Shown here: positions 1-8,364 of the stretch, piece by piece
How positions within the stretch are numbered: position 1 is the first letter of the stretch
How the letters are laid out: the number at the start of each line of letters is the position of its first letter
Source: Candidatus Bathyarchaeia archaeon
GTDB taxonomy: Archaea > Thermoproteota > Bathyarchaeia > TCS64
DNA: 64,000 nucleotides
NCBI GenBank assembly: GCA_050014495.1
Contig: JBEKDF010000001.1
Coordinates: 32,001-96,000, forward strand
Direction: 5' to 3'
The notes under the pieces: generated by a model
Seen by the model: only the letters and a program-made list of their open reading frames with translations
The model's database searches: none
What the model was told of the DNA's origin: nothing
Position numbers and translations under genes: made by a program

Positions 1-35
1 TCAGATTCATATAGATCTCTTTGAAAAAAAGGATT

Positions 36-111
36 TGGTGGACTGGGGGGGATTTGAACCCCCGACTTCCTGATTGCAAGTCAGGCGATCATACCACTGA
101 TCTACCAGCCC
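36..111 (-). tRNA. tRNA-Ala(TGC), intronless, CCA encoded
   Basis: Reverse complement GGGCTGG...CCAGTCC-A-CCA. Acceptor stem has G3:U70, anticodon arm is CCTGA-CTTGCAA-TCAGG, T loop is GGTTCAAATCC. Confidence 0.96.
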
Positions 112-153
112 GCCGAAGATACTCTTTAGAGTCTAGATTTTAACCTATTGGAC

Positions 154-1284
154 TCAGATGAGGTAAACCTCGGGCTTGAGCCCCGTGACCCTAGCGTACC
201 AGGCAGGTACCTCCTCGACGAACTCCGCGACGTTTCGTAGGTGTAAAAGGTTGATAGTGCATCCACCCCAACCCGCCCCTGTGAGGCGTGCACCCAGAAC
301 GTAGCCTGTCTCGTGAGCGTGGTCGACGAGGGCGTCGAGCTCCGGACAGCTCACCTCATAGTCCTCCCTGAGGCTCTTATGTGATTCATACATCAGGGCC
401 CCAACCTTAGCAGGATAGTCTATCTCCATTGCAGCCATCGCGGATAACACCCTCTCGTTTTCGAGGACCACATGCCGGCACCTCTTATACACGACCCCAG
501 ACATCCCACCAGATGCCTTCTCTAAGTCTGCGATTGTTGCGTCCCTAAGCGAAAAAATCTTGGGGTTCACCCTCTTTATAGCCAAAACTCCCGTACTACA
601 CTGCTGAACCCTCTCATTATAGGCAGAGGAATCCAACTTCCTCTTGATCCCGGTATGGATGGCGACGAGGGCATAACCGTCCGGTATCTTGACATTCCTA
701 TGCTTGTTCGTCTTACAGTCTATCAGAAGGGCGTGACCAGGCTTCCCCAGGGAGGCGCAGAACTGGTCCATTATCCCGCTTTGCAGCCCAATGAAGTCGT
801 TCTCAGCAGACTTCCCAATATAGGCAAGCTGAACGGGTGAGACTTTGAGGTCGAAGAGCCCCACTAAAGCCCTAGTAGTTGCGACCTCAAGTGCAGCACT
901 CGAGCTGAGGCCTGCCGCCTGCGGCACATCACCCTTTATGACCAGGTCGACTCCATGCAGGCGGAGCCCCTTTCTTTGCATTGCATCAACGACCCCCATG
1001 ACGTAATTTGCCCAACGCCTCTCCCCACTAAATTCCTGCTTACCGAGGGTGAAGCTGTAGCTCTCCCCGTAGTCCTTCGCGTAGAGCCTGAACTCCTCGT
1101 CGCCCCGCATCCGGCAGGCAACCCAGACCCGGTGGCTAATAGGGGTGGGTAGGACGAATCCCTCGTTGTAGTCTGTGTGTTCACCGATTATGTTGACTCT
1201 GCCAGGAGCGCTCGCAACGGTGATCCCCTCATGAGAATCATACTTCTCCTCGAAGACGCTGAGCATCTCCGCCTCATCCGTCAA
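154..1284 (-). CDS. galK: Galactokinase
   Basis: Motifs APGRVNIIGEHTDYN, GLSSSAA, GIMDQF and GARLTGAGWGG. Probable TTG start at 1284 after SD-like GGGGTGAG; alternative ATG at 1266. Confidence 0.93.
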   Translation of the reverse strand: MTDEAEMLSVFEEKYDSHEGITVASAPGRVNIIGEHTDYNEGFVLPTPISHRVWVACRMRGDEEFRLYAKDYGESYSFTLGKQEFSGERRWANYVMGVVDAMQRKGLRLHGVDLVIKGDVPQAAGLSSSAALEVATTRALVGLFDLKVSPVQLAYIGKSAENDFIGLQSGIMDQFCASLGKPGHALLIDCKTNKHRNVKIPDGYALVAIHTGIKRKLDSSAYNERVQQCSTGVLAIKRVNPKIFSLRDATIADLEKASGGMSGVVYKRCRHVVLENERVLSAMAAMEIDYPAKVGALMYESHKSLREDYEVSCPELDALVDHAHETGYVLGARLTGAGWGGCTINLLHLRNVAEFVEEVPAWYARVTGLKPEVYLI

Positions 1285-1288
1285 ACAC

Positions 1289-2320
1289 TCACCCCGCGTG
1301 GAACCTGAACACAGTCCTCTCGCCGTACTTCTCCCCCGGCCTAAGCACAGTGGTGGGAAAACCTGGCTGGTTGGGTGAATCAGGGTAGTGCTGAGTCTCG
1401 AGACAAAGACCACTATGTTTCGAGTATACTCGCCCCTTCCCATTCATACTTCCGTCCAAGAAGTTCCCCGTGTAGAACTGGACACCGGGCTGCGTCGTTA
1501 GCACAACCATAGCCCGCCCACTCAAAGGGTCCCTCACAGTCGCTGTCCTCCTAAGCTTCCCTGACTCCCCAATTATAACCCAGTTACAGTCATAGCCTCC
1601 GCCAATGACGATCTGCTCGTCACGTGAGTTGATCCGCTCACCAATCTTGTGGGGACCCCTGAAGTCCATTGAAGTTCCAGCTACGCTCCTCAACTCACCA
1701 GTTGGGATCAGCCCCCTTCCAATGGGAGTGAAGTAATCAGCATCCAAAGTCAAGTCGTGCCCAAGGACATCTCCGGTGCACGCCAGGTTGAAGTATGTGT
1801 GGTTTGTGAGGTTGACGACCGTGGGCTTATCGGTCGTTGCATGATAATCAATTATCAGCTCCGATTCCTTGAGGGAGTATTCGACCTCAGCACGAAGCTC
1901 CCCAGGGTACCCCTCCTCCCCATCACCGCTAATGTAGATGAGTCTAAGCGAGTCGCCCCAGACTTCCCCACGCCAAAGGACCTTATCGAAGCCCCTGAAA
2001 CCACCGTGGAGACTGTTCTCCCCGTCGTTCTTAGCTAACTGGTACTCGTGGCCGTCGAGGGTGAATCTAGCCCCACCTATCCTATTCGCGTAGCGACCTA
2101 CGATGCAACCAAAATAAGGGTGAGGACCCAAGTAGCCCTCAAGAGACTCAAAGCCATGAACAATATCCCCCATCACACCCTGGCAGTCGGGAACCTTAAT
2201 CGAGGTGATAGTGGCACCGTAGTTCATCACCTGGACTTCAATCCCACTCGTGGAGAGGGTGTAAAGGTCTACATCACGCCCGTCTGGGAGCATCCCAAAG
2301 GAGTCCCTCAGTATACCCAT
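1289..2320 (-). CDS. galM: Aldose 1-epimerase (galactose mutarotase)
   Basis: Motifs GRYANRI, LHGG, NLTNHTYFNL, QPGVQFYTGN and CLETQHYPD. Confidence 0.94.
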   Translation of the reverse strand: MGILRDSFGMLPDGRDVDLYTLSTSGIEVQVMNYGATITSIKVPDCQGVMGDIVHGFESLEGYLGPHPYFGCIVGRYANRIGGARFTLDGHEYQLAKNDGENSLHGGFRGFDKVLWRGEVWGDSLRLIYISGDGEEGYPGELRAEVEYSLKESELIIDYHATTDKPTVVNLTNHTYFNLACTGDVLGHDLTLDADYFTPIGRGLIPTGELRSVAGTSMDFRGPHKIGERINSRDEQIVIGGGYDCNWVIIGESGKLRRTATVRDPLSGRAMVVLTTQPGVQFYTGNFLDGSMNGKGRVYSKHSGLCLETQHYPDSPNQPGFPTTVLRPGEKYGERTVFRFHAG

Positions 2321-2399
2321 GTGTTTCAATCAACAACCGGCTTTTAAAGAGATTAGGGTCAACGCATCGTTCATAAGTAGTGGAAACATAGGTGTCTGC

Positions 2400-3071
2400 G
2401 TGCGGCTCAAGGCTGTCGTCTTCGACCTCGACGGGACTTTGATCGATTCCAAGATCGACTTCGAGCACATGGCCGGATTGATCAGGGAGGTGCTATCCGC
2501 TGCTGGTGTCCCCGAAGAGCACCTCACGGATAGGAGGAAGATATACCAGATAATACGCGGAGGCGAGAGAGTGCTAGCTGAGATGGGAGTCGACCCAATC
2601 AAACTCCCAGCAATCACCTTGGAGATGGAGAGGATCATGAATCAAGTCGAACTTGAGGGGGCCCATCTCTCGAAGCCTATGAGGAACGCTAGGGAGACGT
2701 TGCGAATCTTGAGGAGCCGTGGACTCGGCATCGGAATAGCAACGAGGGGATGCAGAGAGTATGCTATCGAGAGCATGAGGCTGACCGGCATCCAGAACTA
2801 CGTGGACAAATGCCTCGCTCGAGATGAGGTACTCTACCCGAAGCCGGACCCCCGACACCTACTCGACGTCGTCACCCGCCTTGGAGCCAAAACCGACGAA
2901 GTCTTCTATGTCGGCGACACCTCCACGGATCTGGAGACCGCCAAATCAGCGAACGTCGAATTCATCGGCTACAAGAGGGATGAGGAGTGGGGGAAGAGAC
3001 TCACCGACGCTGGCTGCACGAGGATAGTTGAGGACCTCCTCGAAATAATAGAGATCGCCGACAGCTTCTAG
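2400..3071 (+). CDS. HAD-family hydrolase (phosphoglycolate phosphatase-like)
   Basis: Motifs FDLDGTLID, KPDP and VGDTSTD. GTG start inferred. Confidence 0.85.
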   Translation: MRLKAVVFDLDGTLIDSKIDFEHMAGLIREVLSAAGVPEEHLTDRRKIYQIIRGGERVLAEMGVDPIKLPAITLEMERIMNQVELEGAHLSKPMRNARETLRILRSRGLGIGIATRGCREYAIESMRLTGIQNYVDKCLARDEVLYPKPDPRHLLDVVTRLGAKTDEVFYVGDTSTDLETAKSANVEFIGYKRDEEWGKRLTDAGCTRIVEDLLEIIEIADSF

Positions 3072-4075
3072 CCAAGACCAGCTGTAAAACGCTCAAGAGC
3101 CTCATCATCCGGGATGCTATTGATCCTCTTCTTGAAGTCCTCCGGCATCAGGTTCGACTTCAGACCACTATCCGTCACGATGCAAACTATGTCGCCCTTA
3201 TGCTTCGCCTTCAACGCACCGGCAACGCCAACTGCCCCAGTGGGGGAGGCATATATACCGTTGAGCGCGAGCAGCTCGAGGGCGTGGTAAACGTCGTCAT
3301 CGTCAACTACCCAACCATTCCCCCCAGTTGACCGAATCGCCTTCACGGCTTCGTCCTTCCTCTCAGAGACGGGGACGATGACACCCTCAGCGAGGATACT
3401 TTTAATCGGCTTATACTCCGTGAACTCCCCAGAGATTGGTGCACAAGCAGCGGATTGAACACAGTGTATCTCAGGGATATGCCCGACCTCCCCAGACTTC
3501 TCCATCTCCCTATATCCCCTAGTGATAGCGACCAGGTTCGTCCCGCTCCCAGTGGGCACGAAGATGGCCTCCGCATCAAGTTCATCCTTTAACTCGTATG
3601 AAGTCGTCTGAAACCCTGGTACGGCAGCGGGCTCGAGGGCGACCCCAATGTACCTTACACCAAGCTCCTTCGAGATGCGCCTCGCGTAGATGCGGGCAGT
3701 CTCCCTGTCAGCTACCTCCAATACCTCCGCGCCGTGCCATAAGACTTGAGTCTTCTTCTCCGCGTGGCTGTAGCCAGGCATCACAGCAACGAGCTTTATA
3801 CCAGCCCTGGCGCAGTATGCGGAGGTGCTTACAGCGGCGTTGCCACTCGAGTCGATGACGACCCGCTTCACACCCTCCTCAGCCACCTTGCTGATGAGGT
3901 ATGCAATGCCTCTGTCCTTGAAGCTGGAGGTCGGGTTCATCGCCTCCACCTTAGCCCAGATGCGGGTGCCCCTGAGCCTGATCAGAGGTGTGCTCCCCTC
4001 GCCAAGCGTCTGCCTCCACTCCTCCCTGATAGGCGGAAGCCTCTCAGCGAATCTCCATATTCCTATGGTCGTCAC
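3068..4075 (-). CDS. Threonine synthase-like PLP-dependent enzyme (fold type II)
   Basis: Motifs LGEGSTPL, NPTSSFKDRG (PLP Lys), SSGNAA and PTGSGTNL. Confidence 0.85.
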   Translation of the reverse strand: MTTIGIWRFAERLPPIREEWRQTLGEGSTPLIRLRGTRIWAKVEAMNPTSSFKDRGIAYLISKVAEEGVKRVVIDSSGNAAVSTSAYCARAGIKLVAVMPGYSHAEKKTQVLWHGAEVLEVADRETARIYARRISKELGVRYIGVALEPAAVPGFQTTSYELKDELDAEAIFVPTGSGTNLVAITRGYREMEKSGEVGHIPEIHCVQSAACAPISGEFTEYKPIKSILAEGVIVPVSERKDEAVKAIRSTGGNGWVVDDDDVYHALELLALNGIYASPTGAVGVAGALKAKHKGDIVCIVTDSGLKSNLMPEDFKKRINSIPDDEALERFTAGLG

Positions 4076-4121
4076 TGTCTATCTCGTCTTTGTGGGAAGC
4101 CTGGCTAAAAAGAATGGTGCC

Positions 4122-5627
4122 CTATTCTAGGGTCGCGACGACGAGTGCCGCCAGCTTCTCATCAGCGGAGTTAAGTTTCTTGGCTCTAGCCTCCAAGAAG
4201 TTGATATGTTCCCTCACCTTTTTCCTCTGTTCCTTAATCATCCTCGCCACCTCCTTGGGAGCGGGACCGCCGAGACTGTCGTGGCTGAGGGCGCACTCGA
4301 CTGGGTCAAGCACCTCCTCGAGGTCCTTCTTCTTCACCTTGACCTCTTTACCGATTGTCTCCCTCGAGACCTTGGAGAGGAGCTCGGGAGTGAGCTCAGC
4401 GAAGGACTCCTTGAGATAACCGCCCCTTATGAGCTTCTTCACCACAAGATAGCAACTGCGGAAGTCTATACCAGACTTGAAGGCGAGCTGCGTCGTTACA
4501 TCGGGTGCGGTGGCGAAGTTCCTCCCGCTTAAGCTCCTCATTCTCTCCTTGTTCAACTTCATAGTGGAGACGACGCCGCGTAAGACGGGAATAGTCTTCT
4601 CGACGATATCGACGGCCTCGAAAACGCAGCTCTTCGTCTCCTGAGTGTCCCGGTTATAACCACTAGGGAGAATATCCATGATGGCTATGACCTGGTTGAG
4701 CTTACTGTATACCTTAGGTGCTTTAGCCCTAACCATCTCGAGAGCGTCCGGGTTCCTGAGGTTAGGCTGGGCCGTGCCTCCCGTCGTATATCCGTCATCA
4801 AGCTCTATGAAGCCGAACTCGTAGCTCGACCAGAGTATAAGCTCCTGCACCATACGACGACAGTGGAGCATCAGCAAGCTGAGGTCGCATAGGAGCACTG
4901 CCTCTACCTCGCCCCGGCTGTTCGAGGCGTAGAGGCTGTTCTCCAAAACGCCGTCGAAGCCTAGGAGATCCGCCTCATACTGGCGGTCTATGGTGAGGTG
5001 GGTTCCCGCCATCTCAACGATACCGAGGGGGGAGTCGTTGATCTGCCCGAATGTGAACTCGAGACGCTCGATGTCGTCGAAAAGGTGGCTAACCTTCGCT
5101 GTGAGCCAGTGGGCAAGGGTGATGGGTTGACTGATCCTTAGGTGAGTGTAGCCAGGCATCACCGTCTCCAAGTTTCCATCAGCGAGTTCAAGCAGAGTGT
5201 CGATGAGCTTCAAAAGTTCAGTGATGACGACGTTAACGTGCTCACGCATGTACATGCGGGTGTCGGTGTAGATCTGGTCGTTCCGGGCTACGCCGAGACG
5301 TAGCCAGCCACCGTTCTCGATGCCAACATCCTTGATGACGGTGCTCTCAATGTTGCTGTGGACGTCCTCCAACTCCTTCTGGAGCTTGTACTCACCCTTT
5401 GCGTCGAGGACCCTGATCTTTTCAAGGCTCCCAAGCGTCTTCGCTAGGACGGAGCCCGATATGAGGCCCACCTTGTTGAGCATGAGCATGTGTGCCTCGA
5501 GGGTGTTGAGGTCATGTTTAATGAACTGCTGATCAAGGATGATGTCCTGCCCAGCCATGTACTCCTGGGCGATCTCCGTGGGGGCCCTGCCACCCTCGGA
5601 TAGCCATAGTGGGCCCTCGGGCTTCAT
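4122..5627 (-). CDS. Argininosuccinate lyase-like protein (divergent signature loop)
   Basis: Retains EDVH, RNDQ, MPGYTHL, QP and LPSGYNRD. The signature reads GGTAQPNLRNP instead of GSSxMPxKxNP. Confidence 0.88.
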   Translation of the reverse strand: MKPEGPLWLSEGGRAPTEIAQEYMAGQDIILDQQFIKHDLNTLEAHMLMLNKVGLISGSVLAKTLGSLEKIRVLDAKGEYKLQKELEDVHSNIESTVIKDVGIENGGWLRLGVARNDQIYTDTRMYMREHVNVVITELLKLIDTLLELADGNLETVMPGYTHLRISQPITLAHWLTAKVSHLFDDIERLEFTFGQINDSPLGIVEMAGTHLTIDRQYEADLLGFDGVLENSLYASNSRGEVEAVLLCDLSLLMLHCRRMVQELILWSSYEFGFIELDDGYTTGGTAQPNLRNPDALEMVRAKAPKVYSKLNQVIAIMDILPSGYNRDTQETKSCVFEAVDIVEKTIPVLRGVVSTMKLNKERMRSLSGRNFATAPDVTTQLAFKSGIDFRSCYLVVKKLIRGGYLKESFAELTPELLSKVSRETIGKEVKVKKKDLEEVLDPVECALSHDSLGGPAPKEVARMIKEQRKKVREHINFLEARAKKLNSADEKLAALVVATLE

Positions 5628-5630
5628 CGC

Positions 5631-6818
5631 CTATCCTTCCTTGTACATAGCGAGAACCTGCGGGTTCGCCTTGATGAAGACGGCGTCCTCGAGCCCGTAG
5701 GGAACCTGGACGACGCTGTCCTTATCGTAGGGGATGATGAGGCTGTGCTTAGTGCTCCTCTTCATCATCTTGGTGTTACCCTTGTAGAGCTTGAGAGTCA
5801 CCTCGCCATTGACGTATCCCTGCATCTCCTCCTCGAATGCCTCAAGCCCCTTGATGAGGGGATTGAACCAGAAGGCATCGTATGCGAGCTTAGCCCATTT
5901 CTTGTCGACCTCGTCTTTGAAGATGAGGGTGTCCTTCGTAAGCACGATCCTCTCCAGCTCTTTGTGAGCCTCGACGAGGATCTGGGCAGCGGGGACCTCG
6001 TAGACCCACTTAAACTTGGTCCCGTAGATCCCGTCCTCGATCATATCGACACGCCCTATGCCATGCTTACCCCCAACTTCATTCAGGGTCATTATCAGCT
6101 CAACAGCGTCCATCTTCTCACCGTTGATGTGCGTCGGGATACCATCCTCGAACTTGAGGTTGATGATCTCAGCCTTGTCGGGCGCCTGCTCAAGTGGCAC
6201 CGTCCACTTGAAGCAACCCTCGGGAACCATCTTCTCGATGTCGTCGATGTCACCGTAGTTGATGGCGTTCCCCCAGAGGTTCTCGTCGTAGCTGAATGGC
6301 TGATCCTTACTGATTGGAACCGGGATATTATTCTGGTAGGCGTACGCGGCCTCCTCGTCCCGTGTAGGCCACCAGTCCGTGATGGGACTGACAATCTTCA
6401 GCTCAGGTGCGAAGTGCTTGAGGAAGACCATGAACCTGAAGTAGTCCGCGCCACGCCCCTTACAGCCATGGGCGATGTTGGCAGCCCCCTCCTTCTTCGC
6501 GATCTCAATCGCCTTGATAGCGATTATTGGCCTCGCTATACTCGTCGAGACGGGGTAGTAGTCACAGTAAAGAGCGTTAGCTTTTAGCGCCTTCCAAACG
6601 TACTTCTCGGCGAACTCCTTCTTGCAATCTACTGTGTAATGTTTCACTGCACCCAGCTTTAGGGCCTTATCCTCAAGTGCCTTGAAGTCAGCCTTTTGGC
6701 CGACATCCCCGAGGACAGTTATTACCTCGAGCCCATACTTATCCTGAAGCAGCTTCACGCAGACGGAGGTGTCTAGGCCCCCGCTGTACATTAAAACGAC
6801 TTTCTTGTTGTCAGTCAT
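5631..6818 (-). CDS. Argininosuccinate synthase-like protein (divergent substrate site)
   Basis: PP-loop YSGGLDTS, plus ARP, DENLWG and YEVP. Has HGCKGRGADYFRF in place of HGxTGKGNDQxRF. Confidence 0.88.
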   Translation of the reverse strand: MTDNKKVVLMYSGGLDTSVCVKLLQDKYGLEVITVLGDVGQKADFKALEDKALKLGAVKHYTVDCKKEFAEKYVWKALKANALYCDYYPVSTSIARPIIAIKAIEIAKKEGAANIAHGCKGRGADYFRFMVFLKHFAPELKIVSPITDWWPTRDEEAAYAYQNNIPVPISKDQPFSYDENLWGNAINYGDIDDIEKMVPEGCFKWTVPLEQAPDKAEIINLKFEDGIPTHINGEKMDAVELIMTLNEVGGKHGIGRVDMIEDGIYGTKFKWVYEVPAAQILVEAHKELERIVLTKDTLIFKDEVDKKWAKLAYDAFWFNPLIKGLEAFEEEMQGYVNGEVTLKLYKGNTKMMKRSTKHSLIIPYDKDSVVQVPYGLEDAVFIKANPQVLAMYKEG

Positions 6819-6946
6819 GGTCTTCATCCACTGAATTTGCGACGTCGTGGACTTAACAGGAGACACTATTATATATTTTACGACATATATGGTGCATTTA
6901 TATTTTAAATGTAATATTTAGAACAGATATCTCTTTTTTAGTGGGG

Positions 6947-7666
6947 CTATTGGAGTCCCTTAAGGGCCTCGGGTAAATCGCCAATCCGTTTAATGACAGC
7001 GTCAGAACACTTCAGCTGCTCCTCAGACGCCCCATAGAGATCGATTAAAACGCAGCGTATACCTAACGCGTGGGCTCCGACAATATCGGCCTCATATGTG
7101 TCACCAACCATCAACGCGTTCTCGGGCCTCGACCCAAGCTCCCCAAGAGCCCTCTCGAAAAGGATTGGGGCCGGCTTCATGTAGCCCACCTCCGCTGACA
7201 CAATCAGGCTACCAAAGATCTTCTTGTAGCCCAAGTCATCAAAGACCTTGCGAGCAGTAGGGCCATCCATGAAGTTGGTAACTACGCCGAGTTTGTACAT
7301 CCCCCGGAGCTGACCCAGAAGGGCGGGGGTATCAGGATAGAAACTAGTCTGGCGGGGCCACTCTGCGAGGTACTCATCCCAAGCCATTTTAGCGTAAGTG
7401 CTCCTCTGAGGCTCCCCCACACCCAACTCCTCCAAGGTTAGGACCAGTCGCTTCACGTAGTCGATCTCAGTCCAACCATTGGCCTCGGCCTCAGCAACCT
7501 GACTTCTAGCGATTCTCCGATAGGCCTCGACAAACTTATCACAATCATAATTTAGACCCTGGCCTAAGAGACTGCGCTGGAAAATTTCTAGGGAAGCACC
7601 ACGTTTCATGAGCGCGGGAGCCTGGACTAGGGTGTTCCAGTTGTCGAATAGGATTGTATTGATCAC
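6947..7666 (-). CDS. HAD-family hydrolase
   Basis: Motifs ILFDNWNTL, VVTN, KPAP and VGDTYEADIVGA. Start uncertain. Confidence 0.82.
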   Translation of the reverse strand: MINTILFDNWNTLVQAPALMKRGASLEIFQRSLLGQGLNYDCDKFVEAYRRIARSQVAEAEANGWTEIDYVKRLVLTLEELGVGEPQRSTYAKMAWDEYLAEWPRQTSFYPDTPALLGQLRGMYKLGVVTNFMDGPTARKVFDDLGYKKIFGSLIVSAEVGYMKPAPILFERALGELGSRPENALMVGDTYEADIVGAHALGIRCVLIDLYGASEEQLKCSDAVIKRIGDLPEALKGLQ

Positions 7667-7841
7667 TACGCCGACTCTGTCCGTCTTCCCACCTGACTTG
7701 TTGGATTGTGGAATTCTATCAGGAGTTCGCCTCATACCCCACAAAGAAAAACGGGGAATCATAAGGGCTTACCGGTTCAGAGCGTGCTACTAGTCAAATT
7801 TCAAAAAGCTCAGATGTAACCTACTCTTGGAGACATTAAAA

Positions 7842-8306
7842 ATGGTAACCGAGAAGACACTCAGAAACCGCGTAGTCCGCATAATAGCCGCGACAAGATT
7901 CCCATTCGTCGACCAGGAGAACTGGGGTGAAGGATATGTCACTATAGTCAACGACGAGGTAAAGCGCAGGGGAATTGATACGGATGAAGCTGTGGTCTAC
8001 CCAAGTATAGTAATAACAAAACCCGACGGCAGAATACAGGAACTGGCAGATATAGCAGTAGCAAAGGAAGTATCACCTTCATCCGTGAATAGGTGGAGAC
8101 TAATCTCAGGGAAGGCAGGGTTAGGTAAGAAAGAGAAAAAGTTCTTTCTCTATGTGCCACCTGGGAGCGAGAAGAAGGCACTCCAACTCCTCGAAAAAAA
8201 CAAAATATCCTATGCAGGTCTGAGAGTATACAAGATCATCGACGGAATACTCTCCGTGACACCCATCAAAACCCCCGACGACGACTACGACCACCGCCGA
8301 ACATAG
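7842..8306 (+). CDS. Hypothetical protein (possible degenerate PD-(D/E)XK-like fold)
   Basis: Clean ORF with protein-like composition, co-oriented with the downstream genes. Confidence 0.7.
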   Translation: MVTEKTLRNRVVRIIAATRFPFVDQENWGEGYVTIVNDEVKRRGIDTDEAVVYPSIVITKPDGRIQELADIAVAKEVSPSSVNRWRLISGKAGLGKKEKKFFLYVPPGSEKKALQLLEKNKISYAGLRVYKIIDGILSVTPIKTPDDDYDHRRT

Positions 8307-8364
8307 AATGCAGTACCATATACAACAAAATAGGAATTATATCCCCGCATGCGAACATTCAACT

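Noticed and set aside
36..111. Reading the tRNA as Cys(GCA)
   Set aside because: The stem register CCTGA/TCAGG centres the loop on TGC, and G3:U70 with A73 are Ala identity elements.
1285..1443. N-terminal extensions of track ORFs (galK, argG, spt5, rpl12, rdgB, wHTH)
   Set aside because: They overlap neighbouring genes or promoters. Downstream starts fit family N-termini and SD positions better.
5745..6587. Long antisense ORFs in the track (e.g. 5745..6587, 14608..15177, 51208..51855)
   Set aside because: They are shadow frames of well-supported genes and have no recognisable motifs.
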